Part shown: piece by piece, positions 35,480-45,452 of the stretch
How positions within the stretch are numbered: the first letter of the stretch is position 1
How the letters are laid out: every line of letters begins with the position of its first letter
DNA from: a virus
Taxonomy: Duplodnaviria; Caudoviricetes
IMG/VR virus record: IMGVR_UViG_3300029288_004207
Coordinates: 16,563-80,562 of that record
Length of the DNA stretch: 64,000 nucleotides
Strand: one strand, 5' to 3'
The notes under the pieces: generated by a model
Told to the model about the DNA's origin: nothing
The model's input: only the letters and a program-made list of their open reading frames with translations
The model's database searches: none
Translations under genes and position numbers: made by a program

Positions 35480-36171
35480 AAGCAATTGCTATAATACCAT
35501 GTTATCAAGAGGAACAAACAATAGCAGACTTGGTATTTAAGATGTATGAATTTGTTGGACAAACAATAGTGGTAGATGATAACTCAAGCGATAATACGGG
35601 TAAAATTGCACAGCAGGCTGGGGCTAAAGTTCTTAAAAAATTTGGCAAACGTGGTTTTGGTTCTGCTATGCGTGCTGGTATAGACGATGCTTTATCTGGT
35701 GATTGTGAAATAATAGTGACACTTGACGGAGATGGACAACATAATCCTAGTGAAGCATTTAAAGTAATTAAGCCGATAGAAGAAGGAATTGCGGATGTTG
35801 TTATTGGCTCACGTTTTTTAGAGAATAACACAAATATCCCCAAGTATCGCAAGTTTGGTATAAAAGTAATTACTGCTATATATAATATAGGAAGTAAGCA
35901 AAAATTAACTGATTCACAATGTTGTTTTAGAGCATATCGGCGTGATGTGTTAAGCAAGATGCCAATGAAAGAAAATGGATTTACATTTAGTACGGAGACT
36001 TTAATACGAGCTAGAGCTATGGGATATAAGATTATGGAAGTTCCCATTAGTGTGTTGTATCATAAACAGTTTTCTAAAAATTCAACACTCAACCCTATCA
36101 TTCATGGTATTTCAGTAGCTATTAGAACTTTATTATTAAGATTTAAGATTGAACATTTATCTAAAATCTGA
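35476..36171 (+). CDS. GT2 glycosyltransferase (DPM1-like)
   Basis: IIPCYQEE, VVDDNSSD, LDGDGQH, GSRF, DSQCCFRAY. Confidence 0.92.
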   Translation: MKAIAIIPCYQEEQTIADLVFKMYEFVGQTIVVDDNSSDNTGKIAQQAGAKVLKKFGKRGFGSAMRAGIDDALSGDCEIIVTLDGDGQHNPSEAFKVIKPIEEGIADVVIGSRFLENNTNIPKYRKFGIKVITAIYNIGSKQKLTDSQCCFRAYRRDVLSKMPMKENGFTFSTETLIRARAMGYKIMEVPISVLYHKQFSKNSTLNPIIHGISVAIRTLLLRFKIEHLSKI

Positions 36172-36179
36172 TGTAAGTT

Positions 36180-38261
36180 ATGATAGTATTACAAATAATA
36201 ACGGCTATCTTAATCACATTATTACCTGGGTATTTATTATTAAGATTATTCAGGATAAAAAAGTTATCATCATTGGATAGTATTTTATATTTAGTTGGTT
36301 TAGGAATAATCTTTAATTTGATTGTAGGATTATTAGCAAACTTTGTTATTGGCTTTGATGTAATTCATGTAGTAGGGCTTTACATGCTTTTATTAGTCTT
36401 GTTAATATTTAGCGTTGTGTTTGCTGGCAATACTGTAGAAATAAAGTGGCAAGGCTGGAAACCGTTTATTATTCCATTTGGAGTTTTTATTGTTGCTTTG
36501 CTTATGCAATATCAAACTACTTTAATTTCATCCAGTTTAGTTGGTAGCGATATTCAATTGGAATATTTTTATTCAAACTGGACATTAACCGATTCTTTTT
36601 GGAATCCATCATTATCGTTTACTACGATGACAAGTGCATTGGGTGTAAATATATTATTACCATTTTATAATAGAATGACTGGAATGGATTTGATTTTAGT
36701 CTATAAAATAATAACTCCATTGATGTTTGCCGTATTACCATTGATTTTATATCGCATATTCAGATTGCAATTTGGTGAACTTATATCAATATTAGCTTGT
36801 GTATTTTTTATAACAATGCCGATGTATACAATGGATTTACCGCAGTTAATAAGGCAAGAGCAATCAGAGTTATTTTTTGTATTAGTTGTATTAGTAGTAT
36901 TATCTGATGATTTATCAATATGGAATAAGATTATATTGGGCGGTTTATTCGGAATAGCTACGATTGTAATGCACTATGGGTTAGCCATTGGATTTATCGG
37001 ATATATGTTTGGTGGTTTTATTATTACCTTTATTTTATTATTGTGGTGGCGTAAAAAAATAACAGATAAGAAACCTGTATGGCATAGGTTCGCATATTTA
37101 ATCATAGCTGTAGTAGCCTTGGTATCATATATTGGGTATTACTCAAATGTCAATAATAAACTTTCTATGTGGGTTAGTTCTATACCATCAACTATTGTAG
37201 GACGTACTGTTAGTGAAGCTCAAGCTGGTGCAAGTAATAATCCAATGGATGCGATTATAGAAACGAGAGATTTATCAGGAGACAACTATACTGTAAGCGA
37301 TATACCAAAAGACGCTTATATGAAAAATCAACTTGCATCAAATAATGAAGTTGAAGTGCCAGAGTTTCTAAAAAAGTTTCCGTTTCTTAATCCATTCTGG
37401 CGTGAGCCGTTAGTTCAAACAGCAATAGGATTAGACTTTGGCAGGGCTTCAATTTACGGGAAAGTATGGCGTATATTGCAATATATGATAGAACTTTGTC
37501 TTATGATAGGTTTCTTGGCAATCTTGTTTAAGCCACGCAAGGAAATGAAAATTGAATATATGGCGTTGGTGATAACGAGTTTCTTTATTATCGTTGGGCT
37601 TTATGTGTTGTCAACTTATTCTTATGGTATGGGTGTTGCGAGGATATGGCAGATTACCTTATTGTTTATGTCCCCATGTTTCGTTATTGGTGCAAGTATA
37701 ATAGGTAAGTTGATTTGCAAGGTATTTAAAAAAGTCGTTAGTGAAAGCAAAATTGTATTAATTAGTACTTTGGTAATATTTATACCATATTTTATGTTTA
37801 ATTCTGGTATCGTTTTTGAAGTTGCCAAACTGCAACCTAAAGGATTTATAGACGTTCCTTACTCATTATCATTAAGCGGTGAAAGGGTAGACCTTGCTGG
37901 ATTTTTTGATAAAGATGATACATTAGCGGTTGATTGGTTAAAAGATAATATGGGTGATTTACCAGTTTATGCCGATGCAAACGGAGTAAAACTTTTAATA
38001 CAGCGTATGGGTATCACAATGGATATGGATTTGGGAACAAGCCTTGCTGGAACAATCCGATTATTAGAAAAAATGAAAGCTGATGGACAAGGTTATATAT
38101 TTTTACGCAAGATAAATGTTGATAGGCAAATGTTTACATTCCAAGGGGAATACGCTAGTCGTAGAAGTTATACATTTGATGAACTTGATATGATAATTAA
38201 AAAAATGGCAAACGGACAACTAGTTTATGATAATGGGGCAAGGATTTATAAGGTAGAATAA
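36180..38261 (+). CDS. DUF2206-like multi-TM protein (GT-C fold candidate)
   Basis: GSDIQLEY, LIRQEQSELF, HYGLA, RIWQITLLF..PCF, IPYFMFNSGIVFE. Confidence 0.7.
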   Translation: MIVLQIITAILITLLPGYLLLRLFRIKKLSSLDSILYLVGLGIIFNLIVGLLANFVIGFDVIHVVGLYMLLLVLLIFSVVFAGNTVEIKWQGWKPFIIPFGVFIVALLMQYQTTLISSSLVGSDIQLEYFYSNWTLTDSFWNPSLSFTTMTSALGVNILLPFYNRMTGMDLILVYKIITPLMFAVLPLILYRIFRLQFGELISILACVFFITMPMYTMDLPQLIRQEQSELFFVLVVLVVLSDDLSIWNKIILGGLFGIATIVMHYGLAIGFIGYMFGGFIITFILLLWWRKKITDKKPVWHRFAYLIIAVVALVSYIGYYSNVNNKLSMWVSSIPSTIVGRTVSEAQAGASNNPMDAIIETRDLSGDNYTVSDIPKDAYMKNQLASNNEVEVPEFLKKFPFLNPFWREPLVQTAIGLDFGRASIYGKVWRILQYMIELCLMIGFLAILFKPRKEMKIEYMALVITSFFIIVGLYVLSTYSYGMGVARIWQITLLFMSPCFVIGASIIGKLICKVFKKVVSESKIVLISTLVIFIPYFMFNSGIVFEVAKLQPKGFIDVPYSLSLSGERVDLAGFFDKDDTLAVDWLKDNMGDLPVYADANGVKLLIQRMGITMDMDLGTSLAGTIRLLEKMKADGQGYIFLRKINVDRQMFTFQGEYASRRSYTFDELDMIIKKMANGQLVYDNGARIYKVE

Positions 38262-38334
38262 AAAAATATTGTGTAGGGTATTGCGTAAACGAAACATTCG
38301 TGATAATATATGGGTAGATAGGTATTAGTATAAA

Positions 38335-39306
38335 ATGATGAAATTTAAAGAACTCACTAAATTTACAATAAGGCATTTTAAAACAGATAGTAAGTTAGCT
38401 TTTATTAGTAGGATGGTAAGATTTGGATTATTGAGTGTTCCAGTTATGATAGGTGAAATTAAAGTACATAAATATAGGAATGATGGCGCAGTTATTAAAA
38501 ATGTCTGGGATAACAAGATGCTATTAAATCTTTCAGACAAAGGTATCAACACAGATTTGTGGCTTTCTGACAAAAGAGAGCCTTTGATTTGTACTAAATT
38601 TCGTCAGATGTTAAGAAATGGTATGGTTGTGTATGATATTGGGGCGAATATAGGTTATTATGCTTTACAGGAAGCAAGAATAGTTGGTAAAAGTGGATAT
38701 GTTTATGCCATAGAACCTATTCCAGAAAATACACAAGCACTTTCGGTCAATATAAAGCTCAATAATTTTAATAATATTGAAATACATGGTATAGCTATTG
38801 GGGAAGAACCGCATGAAGGTAGGATAAATGTTTCTGGAATGAGCAATTTATCTACAATGTTAGATAAAAGCGGATACCGTGATTATGGCGATTCTATTCC
38901 AGTAAATGTAGAATCTGTTGATAGTTTTATGGTTGGTAAAAAACCACCAGATGTTATACGTATGGATACCGAGGGATATGAAACAAATATTATAAAAGGT
39001 ATGGGTAAATTATTAGTTAGTGGTAGACCCCTCATTCTTTTTATTGAAATTCATTTTGATATGTTGAGACACAGTGTTATTCCCATGCTACAGACTTTAA
39101 AAAACTTTGGATTTAAGATTAAATGGGCTTCACATGAAACGCATCCGATAATCAATAATTCGTGGATTAAACCATTTGTTAATTTATGTGAAAAAGGTAT
39201 GGGGGCAAGCGGGTATTTAAAAGTTAGTATAGATGATTTAATAGCACAAGAAAAGTTCCTAAGTGGACAGGTTGAAAATCTGGAAGTTATATTTGAGAGA
39301 AAATAA
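38335..39306 (+). CDS. FkbM-family methyltransferase
   Basis: YDIGANIGYY, YAIEP, RMDTEGYE. Confidence 0.92.
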   Translation: MMKFKELTKFTIRHFKTDSKLAFISRMVRFGLLSVPVMIGEIKVHKYRNDGAVIKNVWDNKMLLNLSDKGINTDLWLSDKREPLICTKFRQMLRNGMVVYDIGANIGYYALQEARIVGKSGYVYAIEPIPENTQALSVNIKLNNFNNIEIHGIAIGEEPHEGRINVSGMSNLSTMLDKSGYRDYGDSIPVNVESVDSFMVGKKPPDVIRMDTEGYETNIIKGMGKLLVSGRPLILFIEIHFDMLRHSVIPMLQTLKNFGFKIKWASHETHPIINNSWIKPFVNLCEKGMGASGYLKVSIDDLIAQEKFLSGQVENLEVIFERK

Positions 39307-40193
39307 TGTTAGTTATTAAAGTAGTTAGAATATGTTTGTATCCACTACGATTTATATTTGGTAGTGGTATAGGCAATATTCGTATATTAAAATGGTTATT
39401 TACTAATGTGGTTAATTTGATACCGCCAAGATTTATTGTTCTTGATGCCAATGGTTGCAAACTGGGGATGACTATAGGTAGAGGTCGTGGATTTGATAGT
39501 ATGGCTTCAGGATTAGTATTTGGTAAAGGGTATGAGGTAGGTACGACTAAATTATTTCAGAAACTTGTGAAATCAGGAATGAACATTATAGATATTGGCG
39601 CACATATCGGATATTATACAGTGCTTGCTTCAAGGTTAGTTGGAGAAAATGGTAAGGTATGGGCGTTTGAGCCAGAACCACGTAATTTTTCAGAGCTTCG
39701 TAAAAATATTATTCTTAATCAATCAAATAACGTTTCGTATTATCGTATGGCAGTTGGTGATAAAATTAAAATGTCAGAACTTTACTATTCTACTAAATGG
39801 TCAGGTGAATGTAGCCTTGTTGAAATAAAACAGCGTCCTAAAGATAAGGTATCAGTAGAAGTTGTAACATTAGATGAAGCGTTGAAAGACCATCACGTAG
39901 ATATAATTAAAATGGATGTTGATGGTGGAGAGATGATGGTTCTTGATGGGGCAAGAAAACTTATTGAGCAAAACAAAAATCTTATAATGTTTACTGAATG
40001 CTGGAAATATGGATTAGAAGGTGCTAATCATACAATTAAAGATTATTGGGATAAACTAAATGGTTTATTCAAGTATATTTATCAAATAGATGAGCATAAT
40101 GCTTCTATAAAGTTATTAACACTTGAAAAACTCACAGACATACTTTCAAGGGTTGACGGAATAAATATTATTTGTTCAAAGAATAAATTATGA
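39306..40193 (+). CDS. FkbM-family methyltransferase
   Basis: IDIGAHIGYY, WAFEP, KMDVDGGE. Confidence 0.92.
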   Translation: MLVIKVVRICLYPLRFIFGSGIGNIRILKWLFTNVVNLIPPRFIVLDANGCKLGMTIGRGRGFDSMASGLVFGKGYEVGTTKLFQKLVKSGMNIIDIGAHIGYYTVLASRLVGENGKVWAFEPEPRNFSELRKNIILNQSNNVSYYRMAVGDKIKMSELYYSTKWSGECSLVEIKQRPKDKVSVEVVTLDEALKDHHVDIIKMDVDGGEMMVLDGARKLIEQNKNLIMFTECWKYGLEGANHTIKDYWDKLNGLFKYIYQIDEHNASIKLLTLEKLTDILSRVDGINIICSKNKL

Positions 40194-40918
40194 ATATACC
40201 TGTAGGATTATTAAACAATAAACGACCCCATATCGTTAGACGCTTACTGATATTAAGTAGTCTATTAAAAGAGCATGATGAGGTATTAGATATAGGGTGT
40301 GGTGTTGGTAGTTATATCACAGACACATTAGGATACTTACCTATAAAAATAACAGCGATAGATTATGACGATAATAGTATTGAATATGCAAAGCGTCATA
40401 ACCAACATAAAAATGTGGAATATATTGTGGCTTCTGGTGAAAGTTACCGCACGGAAAAGCAATTTGATGTTATTGTTTGCTCACATGTATTAAAGCATTG
40501 CTTATATCCCGAAGTATTACTTAAAAATATAAATAGATTATTAAAAGAAGATGGTAAGTTATTTTTGGCTATTCCTAATGGATATGGATGTTTTGAATTT
40601 GAGAACTTTGTTCCAAGACAGATAATGAAAACTAATATAGGTAAAAAAATAATTAATAAACTAATGAGCAATGTTAAAGATACATTGAACCATGAAAATC
40701 CGCACATACAGTTTTTTACACCGACTAAGATAGTAGATTTACTTATTTATTTAAAGTATAAAATATTAGATGAATATAATGAACAGATAATAGGTGGGGT
40801 AATTACGGATAGGACTATCTTAAAATTTCCATTTATGGAAAGGCTTAATTTATATTTAGGTGATAAATTGCCTTTTTGGATTTCTAATGGTTGGATATTA
40901 ATATGTCGCAAGAGTTAA
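40190..40918 (+). CDS. class I SAM-dependent methyltransferase
   Basis: VLDIGCGVG, FDVIVCSHVL, LFLAIPN. Confidence 0.88.
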   Translation: MNIPVGLLNNKRPHIVRRLLILSSLLKEHDEVLDIGCGVGSYITDTLGYLPIKITAIDYDDNSIEYAKRHNQHKNVEYIVASGESYRTEKQFDVIVCSHVLKHCLYPEVLLKNINRLLKEDGKLFLAIPNGYGCFEFENFVPRQIMKTNIGKKIINKLMSNVKDTLNHENPHIQFFTPTKIVDLLIYLKYKILDEYNEQIIGGVITDRTILKFPFMERLNLYLGDKLPFWISNGWILICRKS

Positions 40919-41676
40919 AGAAACAAATAAAAGAATTTTGGGATAAAGTACCTTGTGGTACTGGTGGTATTCCTTATCCTGAAGGAACAAAGGAATATTA
41001 TGAAGCGATTGCACAGAATCGTTTTAAGAAAGAGTTTTATATCGCAGATTTTGTAGACTTTGAAAGATGGCGTGGTAAAAAAGTTTTAGAAATAGGTTGT
41101 GGGGCTGGAAGTGACCTTATAAAATTTGCGCAACATGGAGCAGATATTACGGGAATAGATTTATCATCTAAATCAATAGAACTTGCAAGTAAAAGATTAG
41201 AAGTTTATGGATTAAGTGGCAAAGCTATAGAGGCAGATGCAGAAACTTTACAATTTGAAGATAATACTTTTGACGCAATTTATTCTTGCGGAGTACTTCA
41301 TCATACTCCAGATATTATAAAAGCAATCAGTGAGGTAAGGCGTGTTCTTAAACCAGATGGTGAAATACGCATTATGCTTTATCATAGACCATCAATTGTA
41401 TGTTTACAGATGTGGATATTATTTGGTCTATTAAAGGGTAATCCGTTTAAGAGCATAGATGATATATTTTATAATAACCATGAAAGTGTTGGTACGAAAG
41501 TATTAACCGTAAGAGAAACGCATGAACTATTCAAAGATTTTAAAGACTTGGATATTAAAACGATTGTGACCATGCACGATATAAGATACGCACGTAATAG
41601 ATATCTTCCAGCGTGGTTCATGAAACTTGTTCCGCATAGTTTGGGTTGGAATTTACTTATTAAGGGAAAGAAATGA
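40891..41676 (+). CDS. class I SAM-dependent methyltransferase
   Basis: VLEIGCGAG, GIDLS, FDAIYSCGVLHH, VLKPDG. Confidence 0.9.
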   Translation: MDINMSQELKKQIKEFWDKVPCGTGGIPYPEGTKEYYEAIAQNRFKKEFYIADFVDFERWRGKKVLEIGCGAGSDLIKFAQHGADITGIDLSSKSIELASKRLEVYGLSGKAIEADAETLQFEDNTFDAIYSCGVLHHTPDIIKAISEVRRVLKPDGEIRIMLYHRPSIVCLQMWILFGLLKGNPFKSIDDIFYNNHESVGTKVLTVRETHELFKDFKDLDIKTIVTMHDIRYARNRYLPAWFMKLVPHSLGWNLLIKGKK

Positions 41677-42041
41677 ACATAAAAGATAAATTATTTAAAC
41701 AAACGAGCATAGGACAATGGTGGGGTAAATTTGGGCTTGCTGGTTCACAGATTGCCATATTTGTTTCTGGATATACTTTTATCATGGTATCGGTTGATGC
41801 TTATACTCCTATATCAGCGTTCTTTGAAAAAAGTGGGTATATACTTTCATTTTGGTTATATATAGGGGTTGTATTAATACCTATTATAGTAGCTTACTTT
41901 TTAGCATGGAAATTATTAGTACGAAGTTTCTTTAAACAGTGGGCTAATCAATTCTGGAAAGAAAGTGATGATGGTCTTAACAAGGTAATAAAACAAAATG
42001 CGGAAATTATAAAACGATTAGATAATTTGGAGAAGAAATGA
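41673..42041 (+). CDS. two-TM membrane protein
   Basis: Hydrophobic helices, ATGA coupling. Confidence 0.6.
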   Translation: MNIKDKLFKQTSIGQWWGKFGLAGSQIAIFVSGYTFIMVSVDAYTPISAFFEKSGYILSFWLYIGVVLIPIIVAYFLAWKLLVRSFFKQWANQFWKESDDGLNKVIKQNAEIIKRLDNLEKK

Positions 42042-43207
42042 ATCTGCTATTCATTCACGAAGTAGATTATTTAGGTAAGGTAGTTTATGACTATCAACTA
42101 CTTGTGGAAGCGATGTCTATGCGTGGTCATAAAGTATATGCGATAGATTATCCTAATATGAATTGCCATAATAAAAAACTGCCAAAAGAAGAAATTGTTA
42201 GTCGTGCCATCAAAGGTTCTGAAGTTCATTTAATCCATCCTTGGTTTATGAAAATTAAGGGTATAAATCGTATTACAGCGTTTGCTACACATTATTTAAC
42301 TATTGAAAAAATTATAAAAGAGAAGAAAATAGATGCAATCGTATTATATTCAGTTCCTACCAATGGATTACAGGCATTATGGTTAGCATCAAAGTATGAT
42401 ATCCCTATTGTATTCAGGTCTTTAGATATTATTCATAAATTTGTTCCACGAATGTTATCAGGCATAACGAAAGATTTAGAAAGTACCATATATAAATATG
42501 TTGATAAAGTTCTTACGTTAACACCCAAACTTTCGGATTATGTTGTATCTTTAGGGGCTGATAAGGATAATATGGAAGTATTACCAATGACTGTTGATAC
42601 ACAATTATTTAATCTTGATGTTGATGGAAGTTGGGTAAGGAAAATGTTGGGTTATTCGGACAAAGATAAAATTATATTATTTATAGGAACGTTATATAAA
42701 TTCAGTGGCTTAGAACGGTATTTATCAGCGTTTGATATGGTATTAGGTAATGTTCATAATGCTCAATTATTAATTGTTGGTGATGGAGAGCAAAAGCGAG
42801 AACTTGAAAGTTATATAAAGGCATTACATTTACATGATTATGTCAGAATGGTAGGATTTCAGCCTTATATTAATATGCCAGCGTATATTAATGCTTCGGA
42901 TATCTGTATTTTACCGTTTGAAGAAAATGAAATAACCAAAGATATATTCCCTGGTAAAATCGCCCAATATCTTGCTTGCGGTAAGCCAGTGATAATGACA
43001 CCACTTAAAGGTGTAAAATCTATGATAGATGGTGAAAGTCAAGGTGTTGTGTATTCAAAATATTTTGGTAGTGATACTACAAAGTTATTACTTGATAACG
43101 ATAGAATAAAACAGTTAGGTAAAAATGGATTAGAATATGTAAAAGAGTATTGTGATAGCGATAAAATAGCAGGGCAACTGGAAAATATTTTAGATAGGAT
43201 AAAATAA
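42038..43207 (+). CDS. GT4 (GT-B) glycosyltransferase
   Basis: ILFIGTL, LLIVGDG, ASDICILP, FPGKIAQYLACGKPVI. Confidence 0.92.
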   Translation: MNLLFIHEVDYLGKVVYDYQLLVEAMSMRGHKVYAIDYPNMNCHNKKLPKEEIVSRAIKGSEVHLIHPWFMKIKGINRITAFATHYLTIEKIIKEKKIDAIVLYSVPTNGLQALWLASKYDIPIVFRSLDIIHKFVPRMLSGITKDLESTIYKYVDKVLTLTPKLSDYVVSLGADKDNMEVLPMTVDTQLFNLDVDGSWVRKMLGYSDKDKIILFIGTLYKFSGLERYLSAFDMVLGNVHNAQLLIVGDGEQKRELESYIKALHLHDYVRMVGFQPYINMPAYINASDICILPFEENEITKDIFPGKIAQYLACGKPVIMTPLKGVKSMIDGESQGVVYSKYFGSDTTKLLLDNDRIKQLGKNGLEYVKEYCDSDKIAGQLENILDRIK

Positions 43208-44250
43208 TGACAAAAATTTGTTTGGTAAGCGGAACACGTCCAGAGGTTATAAAAATGTCCCCGATAATTAAAGAGTGCGAAGCGCAAAAGTTGGATTATT
43301 TTCTTCTACATACCGGACAACATTATTCACATAAAATGAGCGGTATTTTTTGGGAACAACTAGAATTGTCAAGTCCTGATTACAACTTAAATATAGGTAA
43401 TGAATCTAATAATCAGAAACTTATTAAAATGATGCAAGGTATAGAATCAGTATTTGAAAAAGAGAAACCTGATGTAGTATTAGTAGAAGGTGATACAACT
43501 ACTGTATTAGCTACATCATTAGCTTCTTATAATAAACATATTGCTTTAGGACACGTAGAAGCAGGTTTAAGATGTCATGATAACGCAATGCCAGAAGAAA
43601 TCAATCGTATCATTGCTGACCATTGTGCTACATTATTATTTGCACCAACAAAATATGCCGAATTAAATTTAAAGAAAGATGAGTCATTCAAAAATATTTA
43701 CCAAGTAGGAAATACGATAGCCGATGTTGTAAAACAATATATGCCACAAAAAACTAACTCCGTTCATTATTTACTGGCTACAATTCATAGGCAGGAAAAC
43801 GTTGACAACGCACAAAGATTTGGAGAGATATTAAAAGGGTTAGATACGATTAGAAAAAACTTGAATATATCTATTTTATACCCTATACATCCACGTTCTA
43901 AAAAAATGATGGCACAATTCGGTTTACAGACTAATGTTAAGATTATAGAACCTGTTGATTATCTAAAAATGCTTGAACTTGAATATAATGCTGATTTAAT
44001 ATTAACAGATAGCGGTGGAGTTCAAGAAGAAGCCTGTATATTAAATGTTCCCTGTGTAACTATGAGGGATAATACAGAACGGCAAGAAACTGTAGAAATT
44101 GGTGCAAACATTATTTCAGGTGCAGATTCGGAATATATCTATGAATGTGCTAAAGTAATGTTAAACAAAAAGAAAGATTGGCAACATCCTTATGGGGATG
44201 GTAATACAGCAAAAAGAATAATTGATATTGTTAAGGAGAAATATGTCTAA
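43207..44250 (+). CDS. wecB: UDP-N-acetylglucosamine 2-epimerase (non-hydrolysing)
   Basis: GTRPE, HTGQHY, GHVEAGLR, PEEINR, DSGGVQEEA, YGDG. Confidence 0.95.
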   Translation: MTKICLVSGTRPEVIKMSPIIKECEAQKLDYFLLHTGQHYSHKMSGIFWEQLELSSPDYNLNIGNESNNQKLIKMMQGIESVFEKEKPDVVLVEGDTTTVLATSLASYNKHIALGHVEAGLRCHDNAMPEEINRIIADHCATLLFAPTKYAELNLKKDESFKNIYQVGNTIADVVKQYMPQKTNSVHYLLATIHRQENVDNAQRFGEILKGLDTIRKNLNISILYPIHPRSKKMMAQFGLQTNVKIIEPVDYLKMLELEYNADLILTDSGGVQEEACILNVPCVTMRDNTERQETVEIGANIISGADSEYIYECAKVMLNKKKDWQHPYGDGNTAKRIIDIVKEKYV

Positions 44251-45166
44251 AATATTAATCACTGGCTCATTAGGATTCGTGGGTAGTAATCTCACTCCAG
44301 AATTAAAAAAGCGTGGACATGAAGTATTAAGGACTGATTTAATGCACCATGAGGGGAAAGATTATATTCGTATGGATATAAATCAACCAGACCAAATAGA
44401 AAGAGTAATGTCGCAGTTTAAACCGGACTTCGTTTATAATCTTGCCGCCGAGTATGGTCGCTGGAATTGTGAAGATTATGATAATAATGCGATTATCACC
44501 AACTTACTTGGCACTCGTAATATGTTAAAAGCCCAAATGAAATATGGTTTTAAAATGATACATTTTTCAAGTGCAGAAGTTTATGGTGATTATCCTGATA
44601 CAATGTATGAAGAAGTTATGGATAATTTACCTATTAGACAATTGAATGAATATGCCATTGATAAATGGCATAACGAACTGCAAATATTATCGTTTGCAGA
44701 AATGCACGGTAATCAATGCGTAAGAGTTAGACCTGGTTGTATGTATGGTATTTACGAATATTATCATCCATATAGAGGAGTAATTCCTAAGTTTATTTAC
44801 CATGCTTTAAAGAATGAGCCTTATACTGTTTACTTAGGGCATACTAGAATACATGATTATATTGAGGATAGTTGCCGAACATACGCTAACATTGTAGATA
44901 ATTTCAAAGCTGGAGAAGTATATAATGTTGGTGGTAAACCAGAATGGAATCATACAATTAAAGAACTTTCCGATTTCATACTTAAAACGGTAGGGTGTGA
45001 TGATAGTAAGGTAATGTATAAAGAGTCAGAACCTTACACAACTGTCCATAAAACATTAGATTCAAGCAAAGCCATAAGAGATTTAGGGCATAATCCGTTA
45101 ACTCCGATGGATATAGGTATTCCTAAAACCGTTAAATGGATGGAATCTATTTATGGGAGAAAATAA
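44222..45166 (+). CDS. NAD-dependent sugar epimerase/dehydratase (extended SDR)
   Basis: ILITGSLGFVG, FSSAEVYG, YAIDK (YxxxK). Confidence 0.9.
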   Translation: MILLRRNMSKILITGSLGFVGSNLTPELKKRGHEVLRTDLMHHEGKDYIRMDINQPDQIERVMSQFKPDFVYNLAAEYGRWNCEDYDNNAIITNLLGTRNMLKAQMKYGFKMIHFSSAEVYGDYPDTMYEEVMDNLPIRQLNEYAIDKWHNELQILSFAEMHGNQCVRVRPGCMYGIYEYYHPYRGVIPKFIYHALKNEPYTVYLGHTRIHDYIEDSCRTYANIVDNFKAGEVYNVGGKPEWNHTIKELSDFILKTVGCDDSKVMYKESEPYTTVHKTLDSSKAIRDLGHNPLTPMDIGIPKTVKWMESIYGRK

Positions 45167-45452
45167 AATGAGATTAAGAATAAGGGATAAAGAACTACTA
45201 TTCCTTAGTATATTCGGTTTCTTTGTTATATTTATAGTAACAGCTTTTACTTTATCATTTAAACCATCTCCAATAGATTTGCAAGGTAATGTTTATAACT
45301 ATGGGGTATTTTTACTTAATCATCCTTGGGTAAGATATCTTATGATAGCATTTCAAAGTTTAATTTATATTGCTTTGGGAATGTGTGTAAAATATAGCTT
45401 TGTAAAAGAAAATAAGGAACGGAGTAAAAGTGATGGAGACAAAAGCATTTAA
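45153..45452 (+). CDS. two-TM membrane protein
   Basis: Hydrophobic helices. Confidence 0.55.
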   Translation: MGENKMRLRIRDKELLFLSIFGFFVIFIVTAFTLSFKPSPIDLQGNVYNYGVFLLNHPWVRYLMIAFQSLIYIALGMCVKYSFVKENKERSKSDGDKSI

